In this document: positions 26,411 through 35,887 of the stretch, piece after piece | Numbering within the stretch: the stretch's first letter is position 1 | Layout: each line of letters starts with the position of its first letter | Source of the DNA: an uncultured Gemmatimonadota bacterium | GTDB lineage: Bacteria; Blakebacterota; Blakebacteria; Blakebacterales; Blakebacteraceae | DNA length: 64,000 nucleotides | NCBI GenBank assembly: GCA_964576115.1 | Contig: CAZNUA010000003.1 | Location: 15,116-79,115 of the forward strand | Reading direction: 5' to 3' | The notes under the pieces: model-generated | What the model was told of the DNA's origin: nothing | What the model saw: the letters and a program-made list of their open reading frames with translations, nothing else | Databases searched by the model: none | Made by a program: the position numbers and the translations under genes

Positions 26411-28401
26411 TCTGTCGGACCGAACGGATTACAGGTGTGCTCACGGTTCTGCTCTCAGTCGCCCTGGTGCTCGCCGCCGGCGTACGGGCCGGAGCCCAGG
26501 AGCAGGCCGACGAACTTTACCTGCAGGCCCGTGAAGAACTCATCGAGGAGCGATTGGAGCAGGCCCTGACACTCTTCCGGCAGGTCGTCCGTGATCACGA
26601 GCGCTCGCGGCGGGCGGACGATGCTCAGTACTACATCGGATACACCCTCGAGCGTCTGGGCCGCACAGCCGAAGCAATCACGGCCTACGAGTACCTGATC
26701 GACCGCTGGCCCGATTCCTCACGCGGTGACTCGGCTCGCGACCATCTGCTCGACCTCGCCGCAGAGCGGGCCGGCCGGGGTGAAGGGACCAATCTCTCGG
26801 CTCTCTTCGATGCCCGCACCTCGTGGGAGTTCCGGCGGGATGTGGCCATGACCATGGCCCGTCAGGGCGATCTAAGCGCCGCCGATGTGCTCGAGGATGT
26901 CATGCGGCGGGAATCGTCAAGCCGCCAGCAGGAACTGATTCGGAGTCTGGCGAACCACCTTGGCTCACCCCTCGCCCGGCGGATCGTCGGTCTGGGCTGC
27001 GAGCCGGCCCGTTCTTCGAGTATCCAGCTGCTCGCCCTGCGCACCCTGCGGCCGGTGGCGACCGAGGCGGACGTGCTCACCGCGATCAACGAGGCGATCG
27101 CCCGCGGCAACTCTTCGAGCGTGCAGATCGAGGCCATCCAGACCCTGGCGCCGCACGTTGCCCGTCCCGAGGTGCAGCGGGTCATGGTCCGGGCCCTGGT
27201 CTCGGGCACATCGTCGAGCGTACAGATCGCCGCTCTGCGGGCTCTGCGGGGCCAGCTGCTGGCGCCGGAGGTACGGCCCTCGGTGGTGGCCCTGCTCCGG
27301 CGCTCCGAATCATCGAGTGTGCAGCTCGAAGCCCTGAACGCGCTCGAGGAGGACCTCGACCGGGCCGAGGCGGCCGAGGTCCTGGCTGCGGCTGCAGCCT
27401 CAACCAGTTCTTCGAGCGTACAGCAGCAAGCCCTGCGTCTTGCAGGCCGGTCCTCGCTAGAGGCTGTACAAAGTGTGGCTCGGGTCGGTCTGGCCCGCGG
27501 CAATTCCTCGAGCGTGCAGCTCGAAGCAGTGCGTTCGTTCGCCGGAACCCGTAACGACGAGAATGCCGCCGAAGCCCTGGAGGAGTTGCTCAACTCGGGC
27601 GGTATCACCTCGAGCGTGCAGCTCGAGGCTCTGCGTACCCTGCGTAATCACGCCGAAACCCGGGCCGCTCCCCGGGCGGTGGCCGCCGCCCTGAGCAACC
27701 GCAATTCAAGCTCGGTCCAGCTCGAAGCCCTCGACGTGGGGGCTCTGATGCTGCCAGCCGAACCGATCCTCGCGGCTCTCGATCGACTGCTTTCAACCTC
27801 GGGAACGTCGAGTTCGGTCCAGCTCAAGGCGATCGCCGTTCTGGAAGCCCATGTCGATCGCGATGTCGCCGCCCGATTGATCGGGCAGTCGATTCACCGT
27901 TCCAACAGCTCCAGTGTCAAACTGGCCGCGATCGAGGCTATCGAGCCGGTCTGCAGTCGGCCGGCGGTGCGGACCATCGTCCTCCAGGGACTGGAGCGGG
28001 GCCATTCTTCCTCGGTCGGTCTGGCAGCGGTGCGTGCTCTCGAGGCCTACGTCGGAACCGATGAAGACGTGGAAGGGACCTTCACTGACGCCATGCGCGA
28101 CCGCAATCTCTCGACCACGGTGCGGGTGCGCTGTGCCGATGCCCTGCTGCCAGGCGCCGGGGCGGCCCTGAAGGAACAGATTGCCGACGCCATGGAGGAT
28201 GTGATCGAACGTCGCTGGCAAAATCTGCGTCGCAACCGTTTCCGCTATGACGACAGTGTCCTCGAGGACGCCTTCGATATCGTTCGGGTCATAGATTCCG
28301 AGCGTGCCCGCGAGCTCGAACGACGCTACGGGCCGCCGCCCACCCTGCTGGAGCGGATCTTCGGGGCGGGGAACCGGAGGGTCGAACCGCCGGGGAGCTG
28401 A
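26407..28401 (+). CDS. Secreted TPR plus ~11x HEAT-like (PBS-lyase type) repeat protein; third gene of the ECF operon
   Basis: Signal peptide, then a TPR-like region (AQYYIGYTLERLGRTAEAITAYEYLIDRWPDS). About 11 tandem ~31-aa repeats with the signature (S/T)SSVQ(L/I)(E/A)A(L/I), with a ~93-bp DNA periodicity. ATGA overlap with the anti-sigma gene. Confidence 0.7.
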   Translation: MICRTERITGVLTVLLSVALVLAAGVRAGAQEQADELYLQAREELIEERLEQALTLFRQVVRDHERSRRADDAQYYIGYTLERLGRTAEAITAYEYLIDRWPDSSRGDSARDHLLDLAAERAGRGEGTNLSALFDARTSWEFRRDVAMTMARQGDLSAADVLEDVMRRESSSRQQELIRSLANHLGSPLARRIVGLGCEPARSSSIQLLALRTLRPVATEADVLTAINEAIARGNSSSVQIEAIQTLAPHVARPEVQRVMVRALVSGTSSSVQIAALRALRGQLLAPEVRPSVVALLRRSESSSVQLEALNALEEDLDRAEAAEVLAAAAASTSSSSVQQQALRLAGRSSLEAVQSVARVGLARGNSSSVQLEAVRSFAGTRNDENAAEALEELLNSGGITSSVQLEALRTLRNHAETRAAPRAVAAALSNRNSSSVQLEALDVGALMLPAEPILAALDRLLSTSGTSSSVQLKAIAVLEAHVDRDVAARLIGQSIHRSNSSSVKLAAIEAIEPVCSRPAVRTIVLQGLERGHSSSVGLAAVRALEAYVGTDEDVEGTFTDAMRDRNLSTTVRVRCADALLPGAGAALKEQIADAMEDVIERRWQNLRRNRFRYDDSVLEDAFDIVRVIDSERARELERRYGPPPTLLERIFGAGNRRVEPPGS

Positions 28402-28421
28402 AGCCGCCCGGTTGGAGGCGT

Positions 28422-30785
28422 TCAGCGGTTGAGGAGGGTACGGACCCGGTTACAGAGATCGAAGGTGGAGAACGGCTTGCTGACGATCTCCCGTTTCTGC
28501 TCGTTGAGACCGCGCCGGGCCAGAGCATCATCGGTGTATCCGCTCATGAACAGGACGGGCATCGGGCCGATGAGTTCTTCGATCGTCTCGACCATTTCGA
28601 TCCCGCTCATACCGGGCATGACCACATCGGATATGAGCAGGTCGGGGCGGTCTGCCTCCGGCAGGGTCTGAAGGGCGGCGATCGCTCCGGCCGGATCGGC
28701 ATGGGCCGTGACCGAATATCCCATCTGGGTCAGGATCTCCACGACCAGTTCGCGGACGGCGGTCTCGTCTTCGACGACCATGATTCGTTCCGATCCGCCG
28801 GTCACGCTCGACGAAGTCTCCGAAACCGGTTCGGGTAGGACCTCGGCCGATACGATGGGCAGGAACACCATGATGGTCGTGCCGGCTCCGGGATTGCTCT
28901 CGACCTCGATCAGACCCCTGTTCTGGATCACGATCCCATACACGGTCGCCATTCCCAACCCGGTTCCCTGGCCGGGCTCCTTGGTTGTGAAGAACGGGTC
29001 GAAGAGCCGGGCCTGGTGTTCTTCGCTCATGCCGGTCCCGGAGTCGGACACCGTCAGACGCGCATACGATCCGGGCTCGAGATCCTCGCGGGCCGCCAGA
29101 CGATCGGCCTCGAGCTCGACCGGGGCGGTTGTGATGGTCAGTTTTCCCCCCGCCGGCATGGCGTCGCGGGCGTTGAGGATGAGATTCATGAGGATCTGGC
29201 TCAGGTGAGCCGGGTCGATCATGACCGGCAGTTGGGATGGATCGTGCTCGACAATGAGCGAAATATCCTCGCCGAGGGTGCGTTCGAGAATCTTCAGCGA
29301 ATCGTCGACGGCCCGACCCAGCCGGGTCAGTTCTGGTCGGGCCGTCTGGCGGCTGCTGAAAGTCAGAAGCTGTGAGGTCAGATCGGAAGCGGCTTTGGCG
29401 GCCTTGCCGATGGCGTCGATGCGAGCTTGCAGGGTCGCCAGATCCTGCTCGCGGCGGGCCATCTCGACACTGCCGGAGATCACCGTCAGCAGGTTGTTGA
29501 AATCATGCGCGATCCCGCCGGCCAGGCGGCCGATCGCCTCCATTTTCTGCGCCTGCTGCAGCTGCTGTTCCAGGTCGCGCCGCTCGGTGATATCGGTGCC
29601 CGACGAGATCACCCGCAGAACCCGGCCCTCTTCGTCGTAGAGAACGCTGTTCCGCCAGGCGATCAGTCGTTCGGCTCCGCTCGCGGTCAGGACCGGGTTC
29701 TCGTGTTCTCTGGCGAGTTCGATCTCCCCGGCGATGAGTCGGGAGAAGATCGACGACACCTCCTCCCGGATATCGGCGGGGAGGAAGTGCTCGAACCAGT
29801 TGCGGTCGACGATCTCCTCTTCATCACACTCCAGGATTTCGCACCCCTGCCGGTTGATGACCCCGACCGTTCCATCCCGTTCGAGAACCAGGACGATATC
29901 CCCCACCAGATCGAGGATGGTTCGGATCCGATCCCGTTCGACCCGCAGCGCCTCGGCGATGCGGCGCTGCTCCTCCTCGGCGGCCCGGTGCCGGGAAATA
30001 TCCACGATCACGCCGAGCAGACCGGTCGAACCGTCGGTCGCCGCAAAAGGGATGGAGTGGATCAGAACCGGCAGTTGCTCTCCGGCTTTGGTGTACAGGG
30101 TGTACTCGCTCGGCCCGATATCCTCACCCTGCAGGATCCGCCCGATATTGGCTCGGGCCCGCTCGTGATCGCCGGGGTCGAGCATGTCGATCACGTTGAT
30201 GCCGCGGGCCAGATCCTCGGCCGAATACCCGGTGATCCGATATCCCGCCTCGTTGACGAAGAGCAGGTTGGCGGCCGCGTCGGTTTCGAAGACGATTTCC
30301 GAAATCGAAGCCAGGATCCGGCTCAGACGCTGTTCGGCCCGCCGGCGGTCGGTCAGGTCGAGAGCGTAGGCCAGCAGGGCCACCGGCTCGCCGTCGGGAT
30401 CGGTGATGACCGAGCTGCTCGCCTCGGCCTGAAAGAGGCTCCCGTCATCGCGCTGCATGGTGTACTCGACCGGTTCGAGCATCCCGCCTGCATGGATCGT
30501 GGTCTCGATCCGCTCCCGCAGCCGGGCCCGCTCCCTTTCGGGAAAAAACTCGCCGACATTGCGTCCGACCAGGTCGTCCGGTTCGCCGGAAAGGCCGTGA
30601 AGGTGCATGAAGCGGCGGTTGACGGCCCGGATGGTACCGTCGAGATCGGTATACACGGTGGCGATGGCCGAGAGCTCGAAGAGAATACGGAATTTCTCCT
30701 TGCTCGTCGGGCTCGCCTGTCCGGGCCCGGGAGGGTTGTCGGTCCGGGATTGTTCGCCGGTCTTATTCGGACCAGTATTCGCCAT
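28422..30785 (-). CDS. Hybrid sensor histidine kinase: 3x PAS, HisKA, HATPase_c and a C-terminal receiver
   Basis: H-box GGIAHDFNNLL, N/G boxes (LILNARDAM, DSGTGMS, GQGTGLGMATVYG) and a receiver (RIMVVEDE...DLLISDVVMPGMSG...KPF). Confidence 0.85.
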   Translation of the reverse strand: MANTGPNKTGEQSRTDNPPGPGQASPTSKEKFRILFELSAIATVYTDLDGTIRAVNRRFMHLHGLSGEPDDLVGRNVGEFFPERERARLRERIETTIHAGGMLEPVEYTMQRDDGSLFQAEASSSVITDPDGEPVALLAYALDLTDRRRAEQRLSRILASISEIVFETDAAANLLFVNEAGYRITGYSAEDLARGINVIDMLDPGDHERARANIGRILQGEDIGPSEYTLYTKAGEQLPVLIHSIPFAATDGSTGLLGVIVDISRHRAAEEEQRRIAEALRVERDRIRTILDLVGDIVLVLERDGTVGVINRQGCEILECDEEEIVDRNWFEHFLPADIREEVSSIFSRLIAGEIELAREHENPVLTASGAERLIAWRNSVLYDEEGRVLRVISSGTDITERRDLEQQLQQAQKMEAIGRLAGGIAHDFNNLLTVISGSVEMARREQDLATLQARIDAIGKAAKAASDLTSQLLTFSSRQTARPELTRLGRAVDDSLKILERTLGEDISLIVEHDPSQLPVMIDPAHLSQILMNLILNARDAMPAGGKLTITTAPVELEADRLAAREDLEPGSYARLTVSDSGTGMSEEHQARLFDPFFTTKEPGQGTGLGMATVYGIVIQNRGLIEVESNPGAGTTIMVFLPIVSAEVLPEPVSETSSSVTGGSERIMVVEDETAVRELVVEILTQMGYSVTAHADPAGAIAALQTLPEADRPDLLISDVVMPGMSGIEMVETIEELIGPMPVLFMSGYTDDALARRGLNEQKREIVSKPFSTFDLCNRVRTLLNR

Positions 30786-31830
30786 CGACCTGCTGCCGGC
30801 CGTCGGGATTGTGGATGGTGTAGGAATATCCCCGCCGGACGCTGAACGAGCCGTACTCACCCCGGGCGTTGATGGCCACGGCGTTGTCCGAAAACGAGGC
30901 TTCGCCGTCGTTGGTTTCCTCCACCATGCGCCGGATCGATTCGCGACAGGCTTCAGTCGGGCTCAGTCCCCGCCGCATGTGCTCGCAGACGGTGAACGAG
31001 CCGCAGACCCGGATCACCTCCTCTCCTCGGCCTGTAAAACCGGCCGCACCCACGTCGCGCAGCACATAGAGGCCGGCGCCGATGATGGGTGAATCTCCAC
31101 ACCGTCCCGGGATCTTGCCCGAGAGCCCCGATGTGGTCGTGCAGCCGGCTACCTGCCCCTGCTCATCGACGGCCAGGATATTGATGGTGCCGTAATTGCG
31201 CTCAACTTCCCGCTGGCGCCGCCGGCGCTCGCTGGGGGGCAGGGGCCGCTTCATCTTCTCGGCCCTCTCATCGGCGCTGAGCCAGTCATCCACATCGCTC
31301 CGCTCCCCGATCCAGCGCCGGTACCAGCTCCGACTCCTCTCACTGCTGATGTCGGTGACCTGGTGGCCCATCTTGATCGCGAACTCGGTGGCGTACCGGC
31401 CGACGATCATGCAGTGGTCGGTCCACTCCATGACCGCCCGGGCTACGCTCGATGGGTGTTCGATATCCTCGATGCAGCCGACCGCGCCGCACTGCATCGA
31501 GCGACCATCCATGATCGAGCAGTCGAGCTGGAGCATTCCCGATTCGTTGGGCAGGCCGCCCACTCCGACGCTCGAATCGCGGGGGTAGACCTCGGCCGCC
31601 ATCGCCCCGGCGTGTACCGCATCGAGGGCCTCTCCACCATCGGCGAGCACCTCCCAGGCGGCATCGCTGGCCCAGGTCTTGCCGCCTGAAACCAGCACCA
31701 GGGGCAGGCCGGCGGGAGAACCGGTAGCGTAGGTCAGGTTCAGGTTCGGCATGCCCTTGATCACGGCCGCTCCGGCGGTCGCTCCGGCGGCTTTCTCCAG
31801 GAAATCGCGCCGGCTCACGTTTCTGCTCAT
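30763..31830 (-). CDS. Tat-exported Ntn-hydrolase of the asparaginase-2 / isoaspartyl peptidase family
   Basis: Tat leader SRRDFLEKAAGATAGAAV and the autoproteolytic GTIN...D...GT-type core (TINILAVDEQGQVAGCTTTSGLSGKIPGRCGDSPIIGAG). Confidence 0.7.
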   Translation of the reverse strand: MSRNVSRRDFLEKAAGATAGAAVIKGMPNLNLTYATGSPAGLPLVLVSGGKTWASDAAWEVLADGGEALDAVHAGAMAAEVYPRDSSVGVGGLPNESGMLQLDCSIMDGRSMQCGAVGCIEDIEHPSSVARAVMEWTDHCMIVGRYATEFAIKMGHQVTDISSERSRSWYRRWIGERSDVDDWLSADERAEKMKRPLPPSERRRRQREVERNYGTINILAVDEQGQVAGCTTTSGLSGKIPGRCGDSPIIGAGLYVLRDVGAAGFTGRGEEVIRVCGSFTVCEHMRRGLSPTEACRESIRRMVEETNDGEASFSDNAVAINARGEYGSFSVRRGYSYTIHNPDGRQQVDGEYWSE

Positions 31831-31868
31831 GACGGTTATCCTTCCACTCTGGCTCCAGACCGATCGGT

Positions 31869-33134
31869 TCAGCTTCCGGGGGGACAAAGCCCTTTCTCCC
31901 GGCAGACGTCGGTCAGGATATCGATCGGTATCGACCGGCTTGTGTTCCCGTCACGACCGGTAACGGTCGTGGCCTGCAGAAGGCTGTTCAGAATCGCCTC
32001 TTCGGTGGCATCGATGACGGCTGTGAATAGGGGGCTCATGCCGGTATTGCCCAGCCGGGGACCTTCCTGCAGGAAACTCTCCGCTGAGATCCGCGCGCTC
32101 TCGGCCGTAGAGAAAGCGATCACGAAATCGCCGCTTCCGTTGGTGAAACCCGACCCGGCCCGGGCCATGCCTCCCAGGGCCCGGAAGGCCAGGCGTTCGA
32201 GATTGCGGGCCGACAGGGGGGCGTCGGTGCCGACGATGATCATGCACGAACCCTCCTCGCGATCGGGTTCGTCATCGCCCGCCATCGCAGGGTCGCGTTC
32301 CCGCCAGCGGCGGCGGATCTCGGCCCCGACCGGGGTGCCGTTGATCCGCAGTTCGCCGCCGAAATTGGTCTGCACCAGAACTCCGACGGTATACTCGCCC
32401 GCCTGGTAGACGTTCACCACCCGGCTGCTGGTGCCGATCCCTCCCTTGAAGCCGAGCGCCCGCGTGCCCACACCGGCCCCGACCGAACCCTCAGCGACCG
32501 GACCGCCGGAAGCTGAGCGGAGGGCTTCGAAAACCTCCGGCTCGCCGACGTGCCGGCCCCGGATATCGTTCAGGGAACCATCGTTGGTCTCCCCCACCAC
32601 CGGATTGATCGAACGCACGTTCTCCATGCCCTCGAGCCCCATCATCCAGCTCAGCAGCGCATCGGCCACCCGCGGCACGTTCAGGGTGCCGCAGAGCAGG
32701 ATCGGCGTCTCGATCTGGCCCAGTTCGACGATCTGGGTCGAACCGACCAGTTTGCCGAAAGCGTTCCCGACATAGACCGCTCCGGGAACCTTCTCGCGGA
32801 AGAGGTTCCCGCCGTGCGGCAGGACGGCCGTTACTCCGGTCCGGATATCATCGCCCCGGATGAGCGAGACCTGGCCCACCAGCACCCCGGGCACGTCGGT
32901 GATGGCGTTGTGCGGTCCGGTCGGGTAGCGTCCGATAACGATTCCCAGATCGCGGGCCCGGGGCCGGGTTGCCGGATCGGCTGTCTGAGCTCCGGCGGCG
33001 GGAGCGATGAGCAGCAGCATGAGCAGGCCTCGCAGAAGGAGTCGGAATCCGGGGTGTGACCCGGACCGAACAGCGGGCGATGCGGTGGCTGCAGAAAGAG
33101 TTGCGGCGGTCACCACGGCCACGGCCACCGCCAT
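31869..33134 (-). CDS. P1/S58 (DmpA/BapA-like) self-processing aminopeptidase, secreted; start uncertain (33134 or 33020)
   Basis: Hydrophobic leader. Motifs GTDAPLSARNLERLAFRALGGMARAGSGFTNGSGDFVIAFSTA typical of the DmpA/ArgJ-fold family. Confidence 0.6.
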   Translation of the reverse strand: MAVAVAVVTAATLSAATASPAVRSGSHPGFRLLLRGLLMLLLIAPAAGAQTADPATRPRARDLGIVIGRYPTGPHNAITDVPGVLVGQVSLIRGDDIRTGVTAVLPHGGNLFREKVPGAVYVGNAFGKLVGSTQIVELGQIETPILLCGTLNVPRVADALLSWMMGLEGMENVRSINPVVGETNDGSLNDIRGRHVGEPEVFEALRSASGGPVAEGSVGAGVGTRALGFKGGIGTSSRVVNVYQAGEYTVGVLVQTNFGGELRINGTPVGAEIRRRWRERDPAMAGDDEPDREEGSCMIIVGTDAPLSARNLERLAFRALGGMARAGSGFTNGSGDFVIAFSTAESARISAESFLQEGPRLGNTGMSPLFTAVIDATEEAILNSLLQATTVTGRDGNTSRSIPIDILTDVCREKGLCPPGS

Positions 33135-33350
33135 GGCATCGTCGCCGCGCCTGGCCGGTGCGGCGCAGCGGAACCCTCGGTCATTCAACGAACTCATGAC
33201 TCAGAACACTAGCAAAGCCAGAGGAGAAGGGGCAACAGGCAAGCGCTACCCTTTTCCGGTGGCCCCGACCGAACCCGATGTGGTATTGTGGCTTGTCCGT
33301 ATCTTCCTGCAAGCGCGACCCGGAGGCCCTGAGCAGTTCCCGTTCGACCG

Positions 33351-34658
33351 ATGATAGGTAAAGAGATAGAGGGTCTGAAGGATTTCCTGCAGGCTCTCGA
33401 AGACACAGAGAATCCCGACGCGGCTCTGCAGTGTGTCGTGACGAGTGCCGCCCGACTGCTCGCGGCCGACAAGGTTTCGGTCGTCGCCAAGTCGGAGCAG
33501 GGTCTGCTCCAGGTCCGTGCAATGCACTGGCCGGGCCGGGATCCCATGGCCGGGGTCGCCGGTCAGGTTCTCGCTTCGGGTGAGTCGCTCCTGGTGACCG
33601 ATGTCGCCGGTGATCCCCGTCTGGCGGCTGTCCGTTCCCAGCACTACCGCACCCCCTCCTTTTTGAGCGTGCCGATCATCTCCGCCGGACAGCCGGTCGC
33701 GGTGTTGAATATCACTGACCGGCTGGACAGTGAGCCCTTCACGGCCGAGCACCTGAAACTGGCCGAACTGATCGCCCGGGTGGCCGGTTTCTCGCTCGAG
33801 CGGCACCGCTTCCTCGACTCGATCAAAAAGCTTCAGCGGGAATCTGTGACCGACGCTCTGACCGGCCTGGGGAACCGGCGTCACTTTGAGCAGCGGCTGT
33901 CGAGCGAACTCTCGCGGGCCCGCCGGTTCGGACATCCCTTGAGCCTCATCATTCTCGATATCGACGATTTCAAGACCTACAACGATACCCACGGACATCC
34001 CGCCGGCGACCAGGCCCTGCGGGCCCTGGCGACGGTTCTGCAGGAGAACGTACGTACGATCGACGATGTGGTCCGCTACGGCGGCGAGGAATTCGCCATC
34101 CTCCTGCCCCAGACCCCGATCGATCTGGCGACCGTCGTGGCCGAGCGTGTCCGCGCCGCCACCAGCCACATTCAGATCGAGAGCGTGCCCGGTCCGGGAA
34201 GCGGCAGTCTCACCGTTTCTCTGGGCGTCGCCTCCTATCCGCGCGATGCCCGCGATGATGCCGAACTCCTCAATCATGCCGATATCGCTCTCTATCTGGC
34301 CAAAGCCGACGGAAAAGACAGGATCGTCGTTTTCGAACCGCTGACCGAAGACGAACGTCGCAACAGCCGCCGGATCCCCATCCGGCTCAATACCCTCCTC
34401 AAGGGCAAGGACAACGCGGGAACATTCGAAGAACAGACCATCCTTCGAAACATTTCGGCTACGGGAGCGTTCTTCCCTCACCGCCGGGTGCTGCAGCCCT
34501 CCACCTGGCTGAGTCTGAGCATCCACAATCCCTTCACCGAACCGGACGGGAGCCCGGTGATCCTGGAAGTGGACGGCCAGCTCATCCGCCAGGAAGAGAA
34601 CGAAGAGGGACTTTTCGCGGCGGTAGTCTTCAACCGGGAATTGGCCCGCTTCTCCTGA
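33351..34658 (+). CDS. GAF-GGDEF-PilZ diguanylate cyclase
   Basis: GAF N-terminus. An intact GGEEF with an RxxD I-site (RTIDD) five residues upstream. C-terminal PilZ motifs RRNSRR and NISATGAF. Confidence 0.8.
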   Translation: MIGKEIEGLKDFLQALEDTENPDAALQCVVTSAARLLAADKVSVVAKSEQGLLQVRAMHWPGRDPMAGVAGQVLASGESLLVTDVAGDPRLAAVRSQHYRTPSFLSVPIISAGQPVAVLNITDRLDSEPFTAEHLKLAELIARVAGFSLERHRFLDSIKKLQRESVTDALTGLGNRRHFEQRLSSELSRARRFGHPLSLIILDIDDFKTYNDTHGHPAGDQALRALATVLQENVRTIDDVVRYGGEEFAILLPQTPIDLATVVAERVRAATSHIQIESVPGPGSGSLTVSLGVASYPRDARDDAELLNHADIALYLAKADGKDRIVVFEPLTEDERRNSRRIPIRLNTLLKGKDNAGTFEEQTILRNISATGAFFPHRRVLQPSTWLSLSIHNPFTEPDGSPVILEVDGQLIRQEENEEGLFAAVVFNRELARFS

Positions 34659-34685
34659 TCGCGTCCGGAGCACTCAGGAAAGACC

Positions 34686-35882
34686 ATGACGGCAGCTGAG
34701 GCAGAGAATGGGTATCGGAGCGTCCGTCTGAAAAGCGGCCACGATCGTCGCGTGCGGCGCGGTCATCCGTGGATTTTCTCCAACGAACTCGAGGATGGTC
34801 CGGCCGGATACGCCGTCGGCGAGCTGGTGCAGGTCCATTCCGGCAAGGGCCAATTCCTCGGGATCGGTTATATCAACCCTCATTCGCTCATCGCGGTCCG
34901 GCTCCTGCGCCGGGATCCGGGACCGATCGATACCGCCTTTCTCGACGCCCGTCTTGAGCGAGCCATTGTCCTGCGCGATCGACTCTACCCGGCTGCCGAT
35001 GCGGTCCGGCTCGTCAACTCCGAAGGCGACGGTCTGCCCGGTCTCATCCTCGATCGCTACGGTCCGGCCCTGGTCCTGCAGGTTACCACCGCGGGCATGC
35101 AGGCTCTCCTGCCCCTGCTGATTCCCCGGCTCGAGAGCCGGCTCGAGCCGGCCTGCATCGTAGCGCGCAACGATCTTCCGGTCCGCCGCCTCGAAGGGTT
35201 GACAGAAGAGATCGCGGTGCTGGCCGGCGAGCCCGATCCCGACCTGGAGGTGACCTACGAGGGGCTCCGTCTCGCGGTGGATCTGACCGGGGGGCAGAAG
35301 ACCGGTCTGTATCTCGATCAGCGCGACAACCAGCGGCATTTTCTGACCCCTCCCCTCGGCGATGTCCTCGACTGTTACTGCTATCAGGGGACCTGGGCGC
35401 TGCTGGCCTTGCGGGCCGGAGCGGATCGGGCGGTGGGACTGGACACGTCGGCCGAGGGGATTGCCGCCGCGGCCCGGCATGCCGATCGGAACGGGCTCGC
35501 CGACCGGGTCGACTTCGAACGCCGCGATACGATCGAGGCTCTCAAGGCTTTCCGGAGTGCCGGCCGGAGCTTCGATACCGTCATTCTCGATCCGCCCGCT
35601 TTCGTCAAGAACCGCAAGCACCTCCGGGCGGGTCTGCGCGGCTATCTCGATCTGAACCGGAAGGGCTTCGATATCCTTCGGTCGGGCGGCACCCTCATCA
35701 CCTGTTCATGCTCCCACCATGTTTCTCCCGAGACCTTTACCGATACCGTCTCGCATGCCGCCTCACTGGCCGGACGGCACGTCCGCATCACGGGCCGCGG
35801 CGCCCAGAGTGCCGACCATGCGCCCCTGCTCACCGCCCCGGAAACGGCCTATCTGAAATGCCTCGCCCTGCAGGTGGAGTGA
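34686..35882 (+). CDS. rlmI: 23S rRNA m5C methyltransferase of the RlmI/RlmK type (PUA plus class I SAM MTase)
   Basis: PUA-like N-terminus (RRGHPWIFSNEL) and the SAM-MTase motif VLDCYCYQGTW...DPPAF. Confidence 0.75.
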   Translation: MTAAEAENGYRSVRLKSGHDRRVRRGHPWIFSNELEDGPAGYAVGELVQVHSGKGQFLGIGYINPHSLIAVRLLRRDPGPIDTAFLDARLERAIVLRDRLYPAADAVRLVNSEGDGLPGLILDRYGPALVLQVTTAGMQALLPLLIPRLESRLEPACIVARNDLPVRRLEGLTEEIAVLAGEPDPDLEVTYEGLRLAVDLTGGQKTGLYLDQRDNQRHFLTPPLGDVLDCYCYQGTWALLALRAGADRAVGLDTSAEGIAAAARHADRNGLADRVDFERRDTIEALKAFRSAGRSFDTVILDPPAFVKNRKHLRAGLRGYLDLNRKGFDILRSGGTLITCSCSHHVSPETFTDTVSHAASLAGRHVRITGRGAQSADHAPLLTAPETAYLKCLALQVE

Positions 35883-35887
35883 ATCGG

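Noticed and set aside
27000-28100. ~93-bp tandem periodicity that looks array-like (possible CRISPR or satellite)
   Set aside because: The period is a multiple of 3 and lies entirely inside a continuous ORF encoding 31-aa HEAT repeats. The units are not identical and there are no unique spacers.
35708-35887. Upstream extension of the nfo ORF (starting MLPPCFSRDL...)
   Set aside because: It overlaps the rlmI 3-prime end in another frame. The conserved Nfo sequence starts at the ATG at 35888, right after the rlmI stop.
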